DNA of 64,000 nt from Dehalococcoidia bacterium (GCA_050011565.1 JBEKIW010000002.1:64001-128000), one strand, 5' to 3'; numbered from the stretch's first letter, positions 49,302-58,981 are shown. The notes: generated by a model not told the origin, from the letters alone. Numbers and translations are program-made.

Positions 49302-50075
49302 TTAATTTATCTTTACCGGTATTCCCCTTTCCTTAAGGTATTTTTTGGCTTCAGGTATGGATATCTCACCGAAGTGAAAGATAGATGCCGCTAAAACTGC
49401 TGAGGCTTTGGCAACGGCTACCGCTTCATAAAGGTGCTCTAATGTACCGGCACCGCCTGAAGCCGTGACCGGTATACCTACGGCTTCGGCTACGGCTTTG
49501 GTCATCTCCAAATCGTACCCTTCCCTGGTACCGTCGGCATCCTTGCTGGTGAGCAGAATTTCGCCGGCACCCATTTTCTCCACCTTTTTTGCCCACTCGA
49601 CTATGTCCAGGCCTGTTGCTTCCGTGCCGCTTTTAACCACCACCTCAAGTCGGGGGCGACCGCTATTCTGCGGATTTTTAATGCCGTCGATGGCGACGAC
49701 AAGCCTCTGCTTGCCGAACTTCTTCGAGGCTTCCTTTATCAGGTCGGGATTTCTCACGGCAGCAGTGTTGATTGAGACCTTATTGACTCCGAGGTCGAAT
49801 AACTCTTTCATGTCTTTGGTGTCTCTGATGCCTCCGCCGACAGCAAAGGGGATGGTGACCTTGTCAGCGACTCTCTTGACCCATTCCAATCTGGTCCCCC
49901 TGTCTTCGGCACTGGCCATAATATCAAGGAATACCAGCTCATCCGCACCCTCCCGGCAATAAGCTTCGGCAGCCTCCACCGGGTCTCGGGCGTCCCTGAG
50001 GTTGACGAACTTTATGCCCTTGACTACCCTCCCCTCCTTGACATCCAGACAGGGTATGACTTTTACCACTTTCAA
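49302..50075 (-). CDS. hisF: Imidazole glycerol phosphate synthase cyclase subunit
   Basis: IPCLDV...VVKG..F, GADELVFLDI, VGGGI, VVAID, GAGEILLTS...DGT..GYD, ASGGAG, LAASIFH; both catalytic Asp residues present. Confidence 0.95.
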   Translation of the reverse strand: MKVVKVIPCLDVKEGRVVKGIKFVNLRDARDPVEAAEAYCREGADELVFLDIMASAEDRGTRLEWVKRVADKVTIPFAVGGGIRDTKDMKELFDLGVNKVSINTAAVRNPDLIKEASKKFGKQRLVVAIDGIKNPQNSGRPRLEVVVKSGTEATGLDIVEWAKKVEKMGAGEILLTSKDADGTREGYDLEMTKAVAEAVGIPVTASGGAGTLEHLYEAVAVAKASAVLAASIFHFGEISIPEAKKYLKERGIPVKIN

Positions 50076-51073
50076 CTCATAACCTCCTCAAATTTAATTA
50101 ATTTCTGATATTCCGTGACCGTGCTCATGGCGTAGTTGTCGGCTTCTATACCCGCTTCCTCGGCGGCGGCTACGGGATTAAGTCCGCCTATGAAAATCAT
50201 TCCAATTCTGTTGAGCTCGACAGGGATTTCGCAGACCGGTTCGCTGGTGTTACCCATTATCATTAGCCCGCCTAAGCCTGCCTCTTTCAATCTGGAAACA
50301 ACGTCTTGAGCTGTAGGAAGGCACAAAGCAGGTATTTCGCGAAAGTTAGCCAGAATTTTACCGTTACCCGTTTTAGCAGCATCTCTTACCGAGGTCATCC
50401 TGGCTCTGATAAAAACCTCGGAAGGGTCGAGCGAGGAACCGGCATAGTGAATGAGCTCTACGAAGCGAAAAGGCTGGTGGTCTCGAATCTGCAGTATGCC
50501 ACCGAATCGGGAGTCCATGGGAACGCCGGCCTTGAGCAGCGTGCCGTTTATAACGATACTGCATACCGTTGCCAGCCCTATTTTCCCGCGAGGTACGATT
50601 AACTCACCCAACGGCTCTCCAGCACCAGCCACCACCACCAGGTCGCTAACACAAATACCGGCGTCGAAAATTGGCTTCATTGCCTGTAGCGCCTTTTCGA
50701 ACTTGGCTTTTGGAAAAAAGGAAACGTTAACTGGAACCAGACCGGTGCCTTTCTCCCAATCGAAATAAGTGCGGAAGGCGAGTAGTTCGATCCTGGCAAT
50801 GGCGAAGCCAACTTTGTCTCTAACCAGGGCATTGCTCAGTTCCTCAATGCCGAGTTCGGTGATTAACCGGCCGTCCCTGCTGACAAGCCTAGTCAAACCG
50901 CGCTCATCCATCAGTTTCAGGTGGTATCTGACGGCTCTTTCACCCAGGTTAACGCCGCGGTTTTTTAAATGTCTACCGATGACTCTGGCTCCCAACGGTT
51001 GCTGGGAATCGTTCAGTATCTTAAGGATAAGGTGCTCTTTTCGCTTAACTTCTTGAGTTTCGATGCCAATCAT
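50072..51073 (-). CDS. nrpR: Nitrogen regulator NrpR (winged HTH plus one NRD/DUF128 domain)
   Basis: ERAVRYHL..MDE.GLT wHTH; TVCSI.INGTLLK.GVP, Y.GSSLDP.EVF, LANFRE.P, GGLNP.AA..E.GI. ATG at 51073. Confidence 0.9.
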   Translation of the reverse strand: MIGIETQEVKRKEHLILKILNDSQQPLGARVIGRHLKNRGVNLGERAVRYHLKLMDERGLTRLVSRDGRLITELGIEELSNALVRDKVGFAIARIELLAFRTYFDWEKGTGLVPVNVSFFPKAKFEKALQAMKPIFDAGICVSDLVVVAGAGEPLGELIVPRGKIGLATVCSIVINGTLLKAGVPMDSRFGGILQIRDHQPFRFVELIHYAGSSLDPSEVFIRARMTSVRDAAKTGNGKILANFREIPALCLPTAQDVVSRLKEAGLGGLMIMGNTSEPVCEIPVELNRIGMIFIGGLNPVAAAEEAGIEADNYAMSTVTEYQKLIKFEEVMS

Positions 51074-51106
51074 CAAAATAGCTACTGAAGTTGATATTTA
51101 AGGCCG

Positions 51107-51124
51107 TAGGAAACCGTTTGCCTA
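51107..51124. promoter_or_regulatory. Putative NrpR operator
   Basis: TA-GGAA-ACCGTT-TGCC-TA, a 7/8 match to the Methanococcus NrpR site GGAA-N6-TTCC, directly downstream of the -10 box. Confidence 0.7.
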
Positions 51125-51152
51125 TTATATAGATGGCCGAAAGACCTGTCAA
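51124..51152 (-). promoter_or_regulatory. Consensus sigma70 promoter of the nrpR-hisF-glt operon
   Basis: Minus strand TTGACA (51152-51147) - 17 nt - TATAAT (51129-51124). Confidence 0.88.
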
Positions 51153-51233
51153 TCCCTCGCTAACCTTGACTGTGAATGCATCAAAAAGTAATATTAGTGA
51201 AATTCACGAATCGTTGGTTAGGATGAAAGCAGC

Positions 51234-52451
51234 ATGTTGGCTTTGGAAGGTATAAGAATCCTGGACCTCACCCATTTGGTACCGGGTGCTTTATGCACCA
51301 TGATTCTGGCTGATTTGGGAGCCGATGTAATTAAAGTGGGAACGGCAGCCGGCGCTGGCGGTCGGGGTGCCGGAGTGGGCATGATGCTCACAGCCGACGA
51401 AGAGAAAAAGGTAGCCGCTTTCGATGCCTTGAACCGCAACAAGCGGAGCATCGGGCTTAATCTCAAGTCTGACAAAGGCCGGGAAATATTCTATAAGCTG
51501 GCGCAGACGGCTGACGTCGTTGTTGAAGGTTTCAGGCCGGGCGTGGTGAAGCGGTTAGGTATAGACTACGAAAAGATAAAGGCAATTAATCCCCGCACTG
51601 TCTATTGCTCCCTAAGCGGCTACGGGCAGGACGGCCCCTACAGTAATTTCTCCGGACACGACATAAATTATATTTCGATAGCCGGCGCTCTTAATATCCT
51701 GGGCGCACCGGACCGCCCGCCGGCGGTTCCCCTGAACCTGCTGGCTGATTTTGCCGGTGCCTCACTGCACGGTGTCATCGGCATACTGACTGCATTTGTA
51801 GCCAGAGACAAAACGGGCAAGGGGCAGTACGTGGATATAGCCTATACGGATGGGGCAATGAGCCTCATGAGCTGGTTTATCAGCAGCTATTTCGCCGGCG
51901 GCTGCACGTTCAACAGAGGCGAAACCTGGCTACATGGTGCCTATCCCTACTATGGCGTATACGAAGCTAAAGACGGCAAATATATCAGCATCGGCTGTGT
52001 CGAACCCTGGTTTTGGGAGAACTTGTGCCGTGCCCTGGGCAAAGAAGAATATATCCCTTACTGCATTTCACCGGAACACTTTCTGCACAAGCCGGAGGGC
52101 GAAAAATGGGAAGAAATCTCTTCCTATCTCAAGAAGGCCTTCCTCACCAGGACCAGGGATGAGTGGTTCGAATTCCTGACCGGCAAGGACGTGCCGGTAG
52201 GCAAAGTCTACGGCTTCGATGAAGTGTTTAATGACCCTCAGGTACTGCACCGTAAAATGGTTTTAGAAATAGACCATCCCACGTTGGGGAAAGTGAAACA
52301 CCCGGGCATAGCCGTTAAGCTGTCCGACACTCCAGGCAAGGTGAGAAGCCTGGCACCTATCGCCGGGGAAAATACTGAAGAGATATTGCGTGAGTTAGGC
52401 TATAATAAACGGCAGATCGGAAAGTTGCGTCAGTCCGACGTAATAGGTTAA
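51234..52451 (+). CDS. Family III CoA-transferase (CaiB/BaiF)
   Basis: ILADLGADVIK, NRNKRSI.LNLK, EGFRPGV, SGYGQDGP, GHDINY. Confidence 0.94.
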   Translation: MLALEGIRILDLTHLVPGALCTMILADLGADVIKVGTAAGAGGRGAGVGMMLTADEEKKVAAFDALNRNKRSIGLNLKSDKGREIFYKLAQTADVVVEGFRPGVVKRLGIDYEKIKAINPRTVYCSLSGYGQDGPYSNFSGHDINYISIAGALNILGAPDRPPAVPLNLLADFAGASLHGVIGILTAFVARDKTGKGQYVDIAYTDGAMSLMSWFISSYFAGGCTFNRGETWLHGAYPYYGVYEAKDGKYISIGCVEPWFWENLCRALGKEEYIPYCISPEHFLHKPEGEKWEEISSYLKKAFLTRTRDEWFEFLTGKDVPVGKVYGFDEVFNDPQVLHRKMVLEIDHPTLGKVKHPGIAVKLSDTPGKVRSLAPIAGENTEEILRELGYNKRQIGKLRQSDVIG

Positions 52452-52475
52452 AATTTCAGTCAAGGGGGTGAAATT

Positions 52476-52721
52476 ATGCCAGCGAAAGCCTTCGTGTTAA
52501 TTGAGACGGAAGTAGGCAGGACCAAGGACGTAGTAGCCACGCTCCAAGCTCACAAAGTCAAGGAGATTAAATCGGTTGACCTGGTAACGGGCCCCTACGA
52601 TGTCATCGCTGTTGTGGAACATGACGATTTTAATGCTGTCGGCAGCCTGGTCACCGAGAAGATACATCCCATACCGGGCATAAAGAGAACGGTTACCTGC
52701 CTCTCAATCCGTGTATCCTAA
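52476..52721 (+). CDS. Stand-alone Lrp/AsnC ligand-binding domain protein
   Basis: AFVLI...VTGPYDVIA...I.GI.RT.T; no HTH. Confidence 0.88.
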   Translation: MPAKAFVLIETEVGRTKDVVATLQAHKVKEIKSVDLVTGPYDVIAVVEHDDFNAVGSLVTEKIHPIPGIKRTVTCLSIRVS

Positions 52722-52735
52722 TAAATCCTAAATTC

Positions 52736-53077
52736 ATGGACTGTGTTTTTTGCCGTATCGTAGCCGGAGAGATACCGGCTGAGATTGTTTATCAGGATAA
52801 AGCGCTGCTAGCTTTCCGTGATATAAATCCGCAGGCACCTACACACATTCTTATCATACCCAAATCTCATATCGCCTCACTGGCTGACACTACCGCCAAA
52901 CATCAAGCGCTGATGGGCCGCATCATCTTGCTGGCCAGGGACTTAGCTGAGAAAGAAGGTATTTCAGCCAGCGGTTATCGATTGTCAGTAAGTACCGGTG
53001 CTGACGGCGGTCAGCTCGTACCTCACGTCCACTTTCATCTGCTTGGCGGCCGGAAACTTAGCGACATGCTGGGGTAA
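52736..53077 (+). CDS. HIT family nucleotide-binding protein
   Basis: DCVFCRI, AF.DINPQAPTHILIIPK, HVHFHLLGG triad. Confidence 0.95.
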   Translation: MDCVFCRIVAGEIPAEIVYQDKALLAFRDINPQAPTHILIIPKSHIASLADTTAKHQALMGRIILLARDLAEKEGISASGYRLSVSTGADGGQLVPHVHFHLLGGRKLSDMLG

Positions 53078-53081
53078 GACT

Positions 53082-53942
53082 CTAATTACCGCCGGAGAGC
53101 GATTCCAACTTCAGCACCACTTCCTCAATGGCTTCGTCAGGCGTGGAAGCACCGGCGGTGACACCGATATTGCGCTTGTTCGAAAGCCAGTCTTTTTCTA
53201 TCTCGGCGGCAGTTTCTATTAGATGCGTCTCGACCAGAGATGAGCATACCTCGGCCAGAAGCTGTGTGTTGGCGCTGTTATGCCCGCCAACCACTATCAT
53301 CAGGTCGCTTTTTCCAGCTAATTCAACAGCCGCCTGTTGACGCTTCTGTGTTTCCTGGCAAAGTGTATTTAGTATACGTATTTCATGGACAGCAGGGAAA
53401 ACAGCTTTAATAACATCGTTACAGAACTCAACAAACCTGGATTGACTCTGTGTAGTCTGCGAGATGATTCCCAGCCGGGGCGGCAGTTCCAAATTGGCTA
53501 CTTCGGCACCATTCAGCGTGGCCACAGCCTGATTTCCTGCCCAGCCGAGCAAGCCTTTGACTTCGGGGTGGGTAGCTTCGCCGAAAATAACGACGCGGAA
53601 GCCGGCGTCGGCCAGTTTTTTGGCGGCTTTTTGGGCACTGCCAACTATGGGACAGGTAGTATCAATAACCTGTAGCTTCCGAGCTTGAATTTGTGAGAGT
53701 AATTGCGGCGGTGCCCCGTGAGAGGCGATAGCCACGACTCTGTCCTGAACCTGGTCAAGCTCATTTACGACCTTGACCCCTGTCTCACTTAGCTTGGTTA
53801 CCACCAGACGATTATGTACTATGGGTCCCAGAGTGGCTATTTCGGGGTATTCCTTAGCCGCCTTATCGATTATTTTAATAGCTCGCCTGACACCGAAGCA
53901 GGAACCAAGCTGGCGAGCTTTTTTAACCTTTATTTTGGCCAT
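53082..53942 (-). CDS. ispH: 4-hydroxy-3-methylbut-2-enyl diphosphate reductase
   Basis: CFGVRRA, IVHN, SHG, DTTCP, HPEV, QTT, NTLC, SANT, TAGASTP. Confidence 0.96.
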   Translation of the reverse strand: MAKIKVKKARQLGSCFGVRRAIKIIDKAAKEYPEIATLGPIVHNRLVVTKLSETGVKVVNELDQVQDRVVAIASHGAPPQLLSQIQARKLQVIDTTCPIVGSAQKAAKKLADAGFRVVIFGEATHPEVKGLLGWAGNQAVATLNGAEVANLELPPRLGIISQTTQSQSRFVEFCNDVIKAVFPAVHEIRILNTLCQETQKRQQAAVELAGKSDLMIVVGGHNSANTQLLAEVCSSLVETHLIETAAEIEKDWLSNKRNIGVTAGASTPDEAIEEVVLKLESLSGGN

Positions 53943-53965
53943 ATATGTCGGCTCTGGTAATCGGC

Positions 53966-54745
53966 TCAGCGGGGTTCGTATCTACCCCGGTATTTCGGAG
54001 GCAGTACGGCAGCGATTTTGCCCATTATGTATTCGGTGAGCTCTTTAAGTTTCCCTTCAGTTCGCTTTCCCGTAATCGGCGGCAAAGTAAAAGGCTTACC
54101 GAATGTTATGGTTACCGTCGGGCGAGTAAGCCAGCCGATTCCTTTCAACTTTTCCGTCCCCTGGATAGAAACTGGTATAACTGGAACGCCGGTATCTAAA
54201 GCCAAGAGCGCGCAACCAGTATATGCCTCTTTAAGGCAGCCGGACTTACTACGTGTGCCTTCGGGGTATATGCCGAACACGAGACCTTTTGCCAGCACAT
54301 CTTTTGCGTATTTAATTGCCATCCGCCTCTCTTCAGGAGTTCCACGGCGGCGCACAGGATAGGCTTCTGCGGCATCCATTAATATGCGGAATATGGGTAC
54401 GGGCCAATAGTAAAACAGCTCCTCCTTGGCCATAACGATGCTATCGCGGGGCAGAATGCTGATTATATGTAGAGGCGGGTCTATCAAGTTGAGGTGATTG
54501 AATACCGCGATGATAGGGCCGTCTGGCGGCAGGTTTTCCTTATCTTTTATCTCTAAGCGGACAAAAACCCTAAGTACACCTTCGACTAATGCTCTGGCTA
54601 TCTTAAAAGTTATCTTGGAAGTTGGCCTTCTTAATCTTCGTTTGACTATTCCGCCTTTGATTGGGAATTCATATACAGAAGCCTGAGTTCGCTTTTGTTT
54701 AGCAGTGTTGAAATATCCGCGAGTTTTGGTCCGGTCCGCAATCAT
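53966..54745 (-). CDS. plsC: 1-acyl-sn-glycerol-3-phosphate acyltransferase
   Basis: NHLNLID (HX4D), MAKEEL, YPEGTRS; AAGGAGG RBS supports the basic N-terminal extension. Confidence 0.88.
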   Translation of the reverse strand: MIADRTKTRGYFNTAKQKRTQASVYEFPIKGGIVKRRLRRPTSKITFKIARALVEGVLRVFVRLEIKDKENLPPDGPIIAVFNHLNLIDPPLHIISILPRDSIVMAKEELFYYWPVPIFRILMDAAEAYPVRRRGTPEERRMAIKYAKDVLAKGLVFGIYPEGTRSKSGCLKEAYTGCALLALDTGVPVIPVSIQGTEKLKGIGWLTRPTVTITFGKPFTLPPITGKRTEGKLKELTEYIMGKIAAVLPPKYRGRYEPR

Positions 54746-54835
54746 GGCCCCCTCCTTTCCTGAGCTGCGTGGTTAATATTATAAATTATAAGCCCCATGT
54801 CAAGCCATTACGAAAAAATGAAACATCTTTTGTGG

Positions 54836-56542
54836 TTACAGAATCAAATTCAGCAGGCAACCGACAATCAACGCTGAAACTATCATGATACCGGTGGCTT
54901 TAAGCATATCTCTGATGCCCAGCTCTCGAGCCAGTATGGCGAAGGTAGCCACACAGGGAAAGGACATAGCCAGAAGTGTACTGCTTATCACTAGCTGCTT
55001 GGCGGTTAACCCCAGCGGGGCCAGCATTCCCATGGCTACGTCTTTGCGTAGAAAGCCGACAGCCAGGGCTACAACCGTCTCCTTGGGCAGTCCCAGAAGC
55101 CCGTTAATCACCGGTGCCGCGATATTAGCTATATAATTAAAGACGTTCAGCATATAAAGGATGTTCACCACAACTACCGCTCCGAGCACTATAGGTAGTG
55201 CTTCTTTTATAAAGCTGGAGACCCTTAGCCAGAGCTTATCTCCGATAACCCGCCACGGCGGGAAACGATATGGTGGAATCTCCATTATGATTTCCGGGCT
55301 GAACCCTTTCACCACACGATTGAGTATGAGCCCTATGATAATCCAGGATACAAATAAGCTGCCGTAGACGATAGCCACATATTGTATGCCCTGTTGCCCC
55401 ACCAGGCCGACAATCATAGCTTGCAATGCCGCGCAGGGAACAGCAATAGAAATCAGGGTAGCCGCAATGAATCTCTCCCGCCGGCTTTCCAGCATTCGGG
55501 TGGCCATAATCGCCGGTACATTACATCCAAAGCCGAGTATGGTAGGTATTATGGCGTAACCATGTAGCCCCAATCTGTGCAACAAGGTGTCCATTAAAAC
55601 CGCCAGGCGCGGCAGATAGCCGATATCTTCAAGTATCCCCAATATGAAGTAAAAGGCAACGATGTAAGGTATCACCACCCCGAACTCGATATAAAGCCCG
55701 GTGCTGAGCAAACCGAGGGACTGAAAATAGTCAATTTGCCCGTTTATAAGCTTGCCTACCAGTATATCGTGCCAAAAACCTCCCGAGCCCAAAGCCAGGC
55801 TCAGCTTCATAAGCAATGGCGTCCACAGCCAGTGGAAAAGAGGGTCTGTTATATAGTTTATAATACCCTCGCCGATAAAGCGGATTATGAAGAAGGTAGC
55901 AATAAGAACTACGAGGGCGATAGCCGCCCCACCTGCCGGATGGCTGCTGGCGTCCTCCAGAACCTCGCGCCAGGTGTGGTGGCGATGAGTCAGTGATTGT
56001 ACCTGGCTCACGATATCGCCGATTTTCGCCCAACGCTCGTCGCTGGTGGAATAAGTCATCTGAGGTGCTGCTGCCTCGGAAAGGCGGCTGACCAGTTCCC
56101 TGATGCCCTGTCCGGTTACACCCACCGTGGGGACAACCGGTACCCCCAGACGTTCTTGAAGCCCGGCAACATTTATGTTTATTCCCCTGTGGCGAGTATC
56201 GTCCCACATATTAAGCGCTACTATCACCGGCACCGGCCTTTCCAGTAATTGCAGGGTTAGGTTAAGATTTCTCTCTAGATTGGTGGCATCAACCACATCG
56301 ATTATCAAGTCCCCTTCCTTCAGCATTTCGGCAGCCACCTCTTCTGCCTTGCTGGTCGGCTCCAGAGTGTAAGTGCCGGGGACGTCTATAATCTCAGCCT
56401 GTTCCTGGCCGAGCCTCAAAGAGCCTTTAGTGAACCCGACAGTGGTGCCGGGATAATTCGAAGCAATAGTGCGCGTGCCGGTAAGCCGGGAAAAGAGAAC
56501 ACTTTTACCCACATTCGGGTTGCCCATTAGTAGAATCTTCAT
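54836..56542 (-). CDS. feoB: Ferrous iron transporter B
   Basis: GNPNVGKS, NYPGTT, DVPGTY, NMWD GTPase motifs; GFGCNVPA and MEIPPY membrane motifs. Confidence 0.96.
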   Translation of the reverse strand: MKILLMGNPNVGKSVLFSRLTGTRTIASNYPGTTVGFTKGSLRLGQEQAEIIDVPGTYTLEPTSKAEEVAAEMLKEGDLIIDVVDATNLERNLNLTLQLLERPVPVIVALNMWDDTRHRGININVAGLQERLGVPVVPTVGVTGQGIRELVSRLSEAAAPQMTYSTSDERWAKIGDIVSQVQSLTHRHHTWREVLEDASSHPAGGAAIALVVLIATFFIIRFIGEGIINYITDPLFHWLWTPLLMKLSLALGSGGFWHDILVGKLINGQIDYFQSLGLLSTGLYIEFGVVIPYIVAFYFILGILEDIGYLPRLAVLMDTLLHRLGLHGYAIIPTILGFGCNVPAIMATRMLESRRERFIAATLISIAVPCAALQAMIVGLVGQQGIQYVAIVYGSLFVSWIIIGLILNRVVKGFSPEIIMEIPPYRFPPWRVIGDKLWLRVSSFIKEALPIVLGAVVVVNILYMLNVFNYIANIAAPVINGLLGLPKETVVALAVGFLRKDVAMGMLAPLGLTAKQLVISSTLLAMSFPCVATFAILARELGIRDMLKATGIMIVSALIVGCLLNLIL

Positions 56543-56560
56543 CGTTACACGCGAGGAGCT

Positions 56561-56812
56561 TTAAGCGGAAGTATCGATTTCAACCAGTATTTTTTTGGCC
56601 ATACCGAAGCCAACTGCTACCTGCGTGTGGTCCGTCCTGAGGGTGACCGGACCATGAAATAGCATGGTGCTTATTTTGGTCACCTTCTTCCCTGGCCTGA
56701 TACCGAGAGCTTCAAGGCGCTGATTCAAGCCCCGACCTCCAAGAATTCGAATTATGGTGCCGGTCTGTCCGGCGCTCATTTGACCTAAAGTTAATTGCAT
56801 GTTTTCAGACAT
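56561..56812 (-). CDS. feoA: Ferrous iron transport protein A
   Basis: RLEALGIRPG...GPV...VAVG.GMA.KI.V; ATG at 56812 avoids overlap with fur. Confidence 0.92.
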   Translation of the reverse strand: MSENMQLTLGQMSAGQTGTIIRILGGRGLNQRLEALGIRPGKKVTKISTMLFHGPVTLRTDHTQVAVGFGMAKKILVEIDTSA

Positions 56813-56819
56813 AAAACCG

Positions 56820-57284
56820 TTAATTCCTGCTTGATATTGTTTTGCTTTCATTCTCACGGCAGCCGGAGCATAAGCCCGTCATGTCGATTTCGATGTCGGT
56901 GATATCGAAGCCATATTTCTTGCCGATGTCCTCTTTTAACTTTCCACTAATAGGATAGTCAAACTCAACGACTTTGCCGCAACGAATGCACAGCAGATGC
57001 TGGTGTTCTTCACCTGATTTCACCTCATAATGATGATGCTCCTCATCGAAGTGGCGCTCATCTACCAATTCCAGCTTCTTAAAAAGCTGCAGGTTTCGAT
57101 ATACTGTGGACAGGCTTATCCGCGGGTACTTCTTCCGTGCCCGGCGATACAGTTCATCGGCGTCAACATGCCCGCCGCTGCGACGGAGCAGCTCCAGCAG
57201 AAGAGTACGCTGGGCTGTCACTCGCTGACTTGAATTATTTAATAACTGTCGAACTCCAGCTTTCTGTTTTATCTTTTTAACCAT
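56820..57284 (-). CDS. fur: Fur family transcriptional repressor
   Basis: R.T.QR, H.DA.ELY, STVYRNL, H.HL.CIRCG, G.CSGC. Confidence 0.93.
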   Translation of the reverse strand: MVKKIKQKAGVRQLLNNSSQRVTAQRTLLLELLRRSGGHVDADELYRRARKKYPRISLSTVYRNLQLFKKLELVDERHFDEEHHHYEVKSGEEHQHLLCIRCGKVVEFDYPISGKLKEDIGKKYGFDITDIEIDMTGLCSGCRENESKTISSRN

Positions 57285-57303
57285 AATTCAGCTCCACTTT
57301 AAC

Positions 57304-57355
57304 GCTAATGCTAATCATTTGCATTAAGTCTACAGTATTTAAAGTCACATGTCAA
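57304..57355 (-). promoter_or_regulatory. Fur box plus sigma70 promoter of fur-feoA-feoB
   Basis: GCTAATGCTAATCATTTGC (57304-57322) matches GATAATGATAATCATTATC at 15/19; minus strand TTGACA (57355-57350) - 17 nt - TAGACT (57332-57327). Confidence 0.82.
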
Positions 57356-57474
57356 ACCGGGGGAAACAACATCCTGTCGCATTAACCCTGAGAAACCTTT
57401 CCGCTTTTGCAGGCAGGTATGGTATTATCTGATATAGAGAACCACGAATAAGCACAGGTAGTGGAGGAAAAGCC

Positions 57475-58224
57475 ATGCGACGCTATTCGAATCTCATTAT
57501 CCTTGCCGTCATCCTTATTGGCATCTCTGCCCTGTTATATTTTGTTCACTACTTGATTTTTAGAGATGCCCATCACATATTTATCTACATGGTTGGCGAC
57601 CTGGCTTTCCTGCCACTTGAAGTGTTCCTGGTGGTCGTCGTAATCGAGCGTGTGCTGGCCAGCCGGGAGAAGCAAGCCATCATGCAGAAGCTTAATATGG
57701 TCGTGGGCGCTTTTTTCAGCGAGGTGGGAAACGACTTACTTCAAAGGCTACTCGTTTGCTTCGAAAAAAGCGATGACATCAGGCGACACCTTGATGTCAA
57801 ACAGAACTGGAGCCGCGCGGATTTCAATAAAGCACTGGCTTTTGCTAGAACCATGGATAGTGAAGTTGATTTTAGCAGCCTTGCCCTCTATGCGCTTAAA
57901 AAATTCCTGGTTCAGAAGCGGCATTTTTTACTGGCTCTGCTGGAAAACCCAAACCTTCTGGAGCATGAACGCTTTACAGACTTACTGTGGGCGACGTTCC
58001 ACCTGACCGAGGAGCTGGAAGCACGGGAATCACTGACAGGCCTTCCGGCGGCTGACCTTAAGCACATCGCCGGCGACACCCAGCGGGTGTATCGCCTGCT
58101 AATAGTCGAGTGGTTATTCTATGTGGCACACCTGAAATTAAAATATCCTTATCTATTCTCTCTGGTGGCACGCACGCATCCCTTCCAGGAGCGCCCCTCG
58201 CCGGTGGTTACTAACGGCCGGTAA
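57475..58224 (+). CDS. Conserved hypothetical membrane protein
   Basis: Two N-terminal TM segments; KLNMVVGAFFSEVG and LLENPNLLEHE.FTDLLWA.FHL.EEL blocks; GGAGG RBS. Confidence 0.8.
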   Translation: MRRYSNLIILAVILIGISALLYFVHYLIFRDAHHIFIYMVGDLAFLPLEVFLVVVVIERVLASREKQAIMQKLNMVVGAFFSEVGNDLLQRLLVCFEKSDDIRRHLDVKQNWSRADFNKALAFARTMDSEVDFSSLALYALKKFLVQKRHFLLALLENPNLLEHERFTDLLWATFHLTEELEARESLTGLPAADLKHIAGDTQRVYRLLIVEWLFYVAHLKLKYPYLFSLVARTHPFQERPSPVVTNGR

Positions 58225-58266
58225 GCATTCGGTTTTTGGAACTATAAATATGGTTAAGACGTTATC

Positions 58267-58977
58267 ATGAAGCGGTCTACATTGCTTGTATTTGCGCATC
58301 CGGACGACGAGAGCTTCGGCATGGCTGGCACCATCAAAAAGTATACGCAACAAGGCGTGCCCGCAGACTTGATATGCGCCACCCGTGGTGAAAAAGGCTC
58401 GCGCGTGAATGTGCCAGCTAATATAGACACGGGCACAGCACGCGAAGCCGAAGTACGCGCTGCCGCTGCCATCATAGGCATCAGGGATATCTATTTCCTG
58501 GGTTATATTGATGGCGAGCTGGACAAGGCCGATGTGGAGGAAGTCGTAAACAAGATAAAGGATATAATTCGACGTGTTCAACCGGAAATAGTTATAACCT
58601 TCGGGCCGGATGGCATAACAGGCCATAACGATCACGTAGCTATAGGTAAAGCTGCCACAAAGGCATTCGAAAGGCTATCAGTAGAGGAAAGCGGGCCGCG
58701 GAAGCTGTACTACGTAACAATTGCAGCGAGCGCCGTGCCGAACGCCGACGATTTCGGCGTGGCCACTCGTCCCGACGAAGAGGTCACTATTTCTACCGAT
58801 ATTTCGGACTACCTCGATTCGAAAATTCAGGCTATCGCAGCTCACAGGTCCCAACAGGATGCCCGCGAATTTATCAAGATACTGGAAGAGAGCAGGGAAT
58901 CAGGGTTCGCTGAAAAGGAGTACCTGTATCTGGCTATACCCGGGAGCACTGCCAAGGAGACAGACCTATTTCAGTAA
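58267..58977 (+). CDS. PIG-L family deacetylase
   Basis: AHPDDE, TRGE.G, GH.DH, H.SQ. Confidence 0.93.
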   Translation: MKRSTLLVFAHPDDESFGMAGTIKKYTQQGVPADLICATRGEKGSRVNVPANIDTGTAREAEVRAAAAIIGIRDIYFLGYIDGELDKADVEEVVNKIKDIIRRVQPEIVITFGPDGITGHNDHVAIGKAATKAFERLSVEESGPRKLYYVTIAASAVPNADDFGVATRPDEEVTISTDISDYLDSKIQAIAAHRSQQDAREFIKILEESRESGFAEKEYLYLAIPGSTAKETDLFQ

Positions 58978-58981
58978 GATA

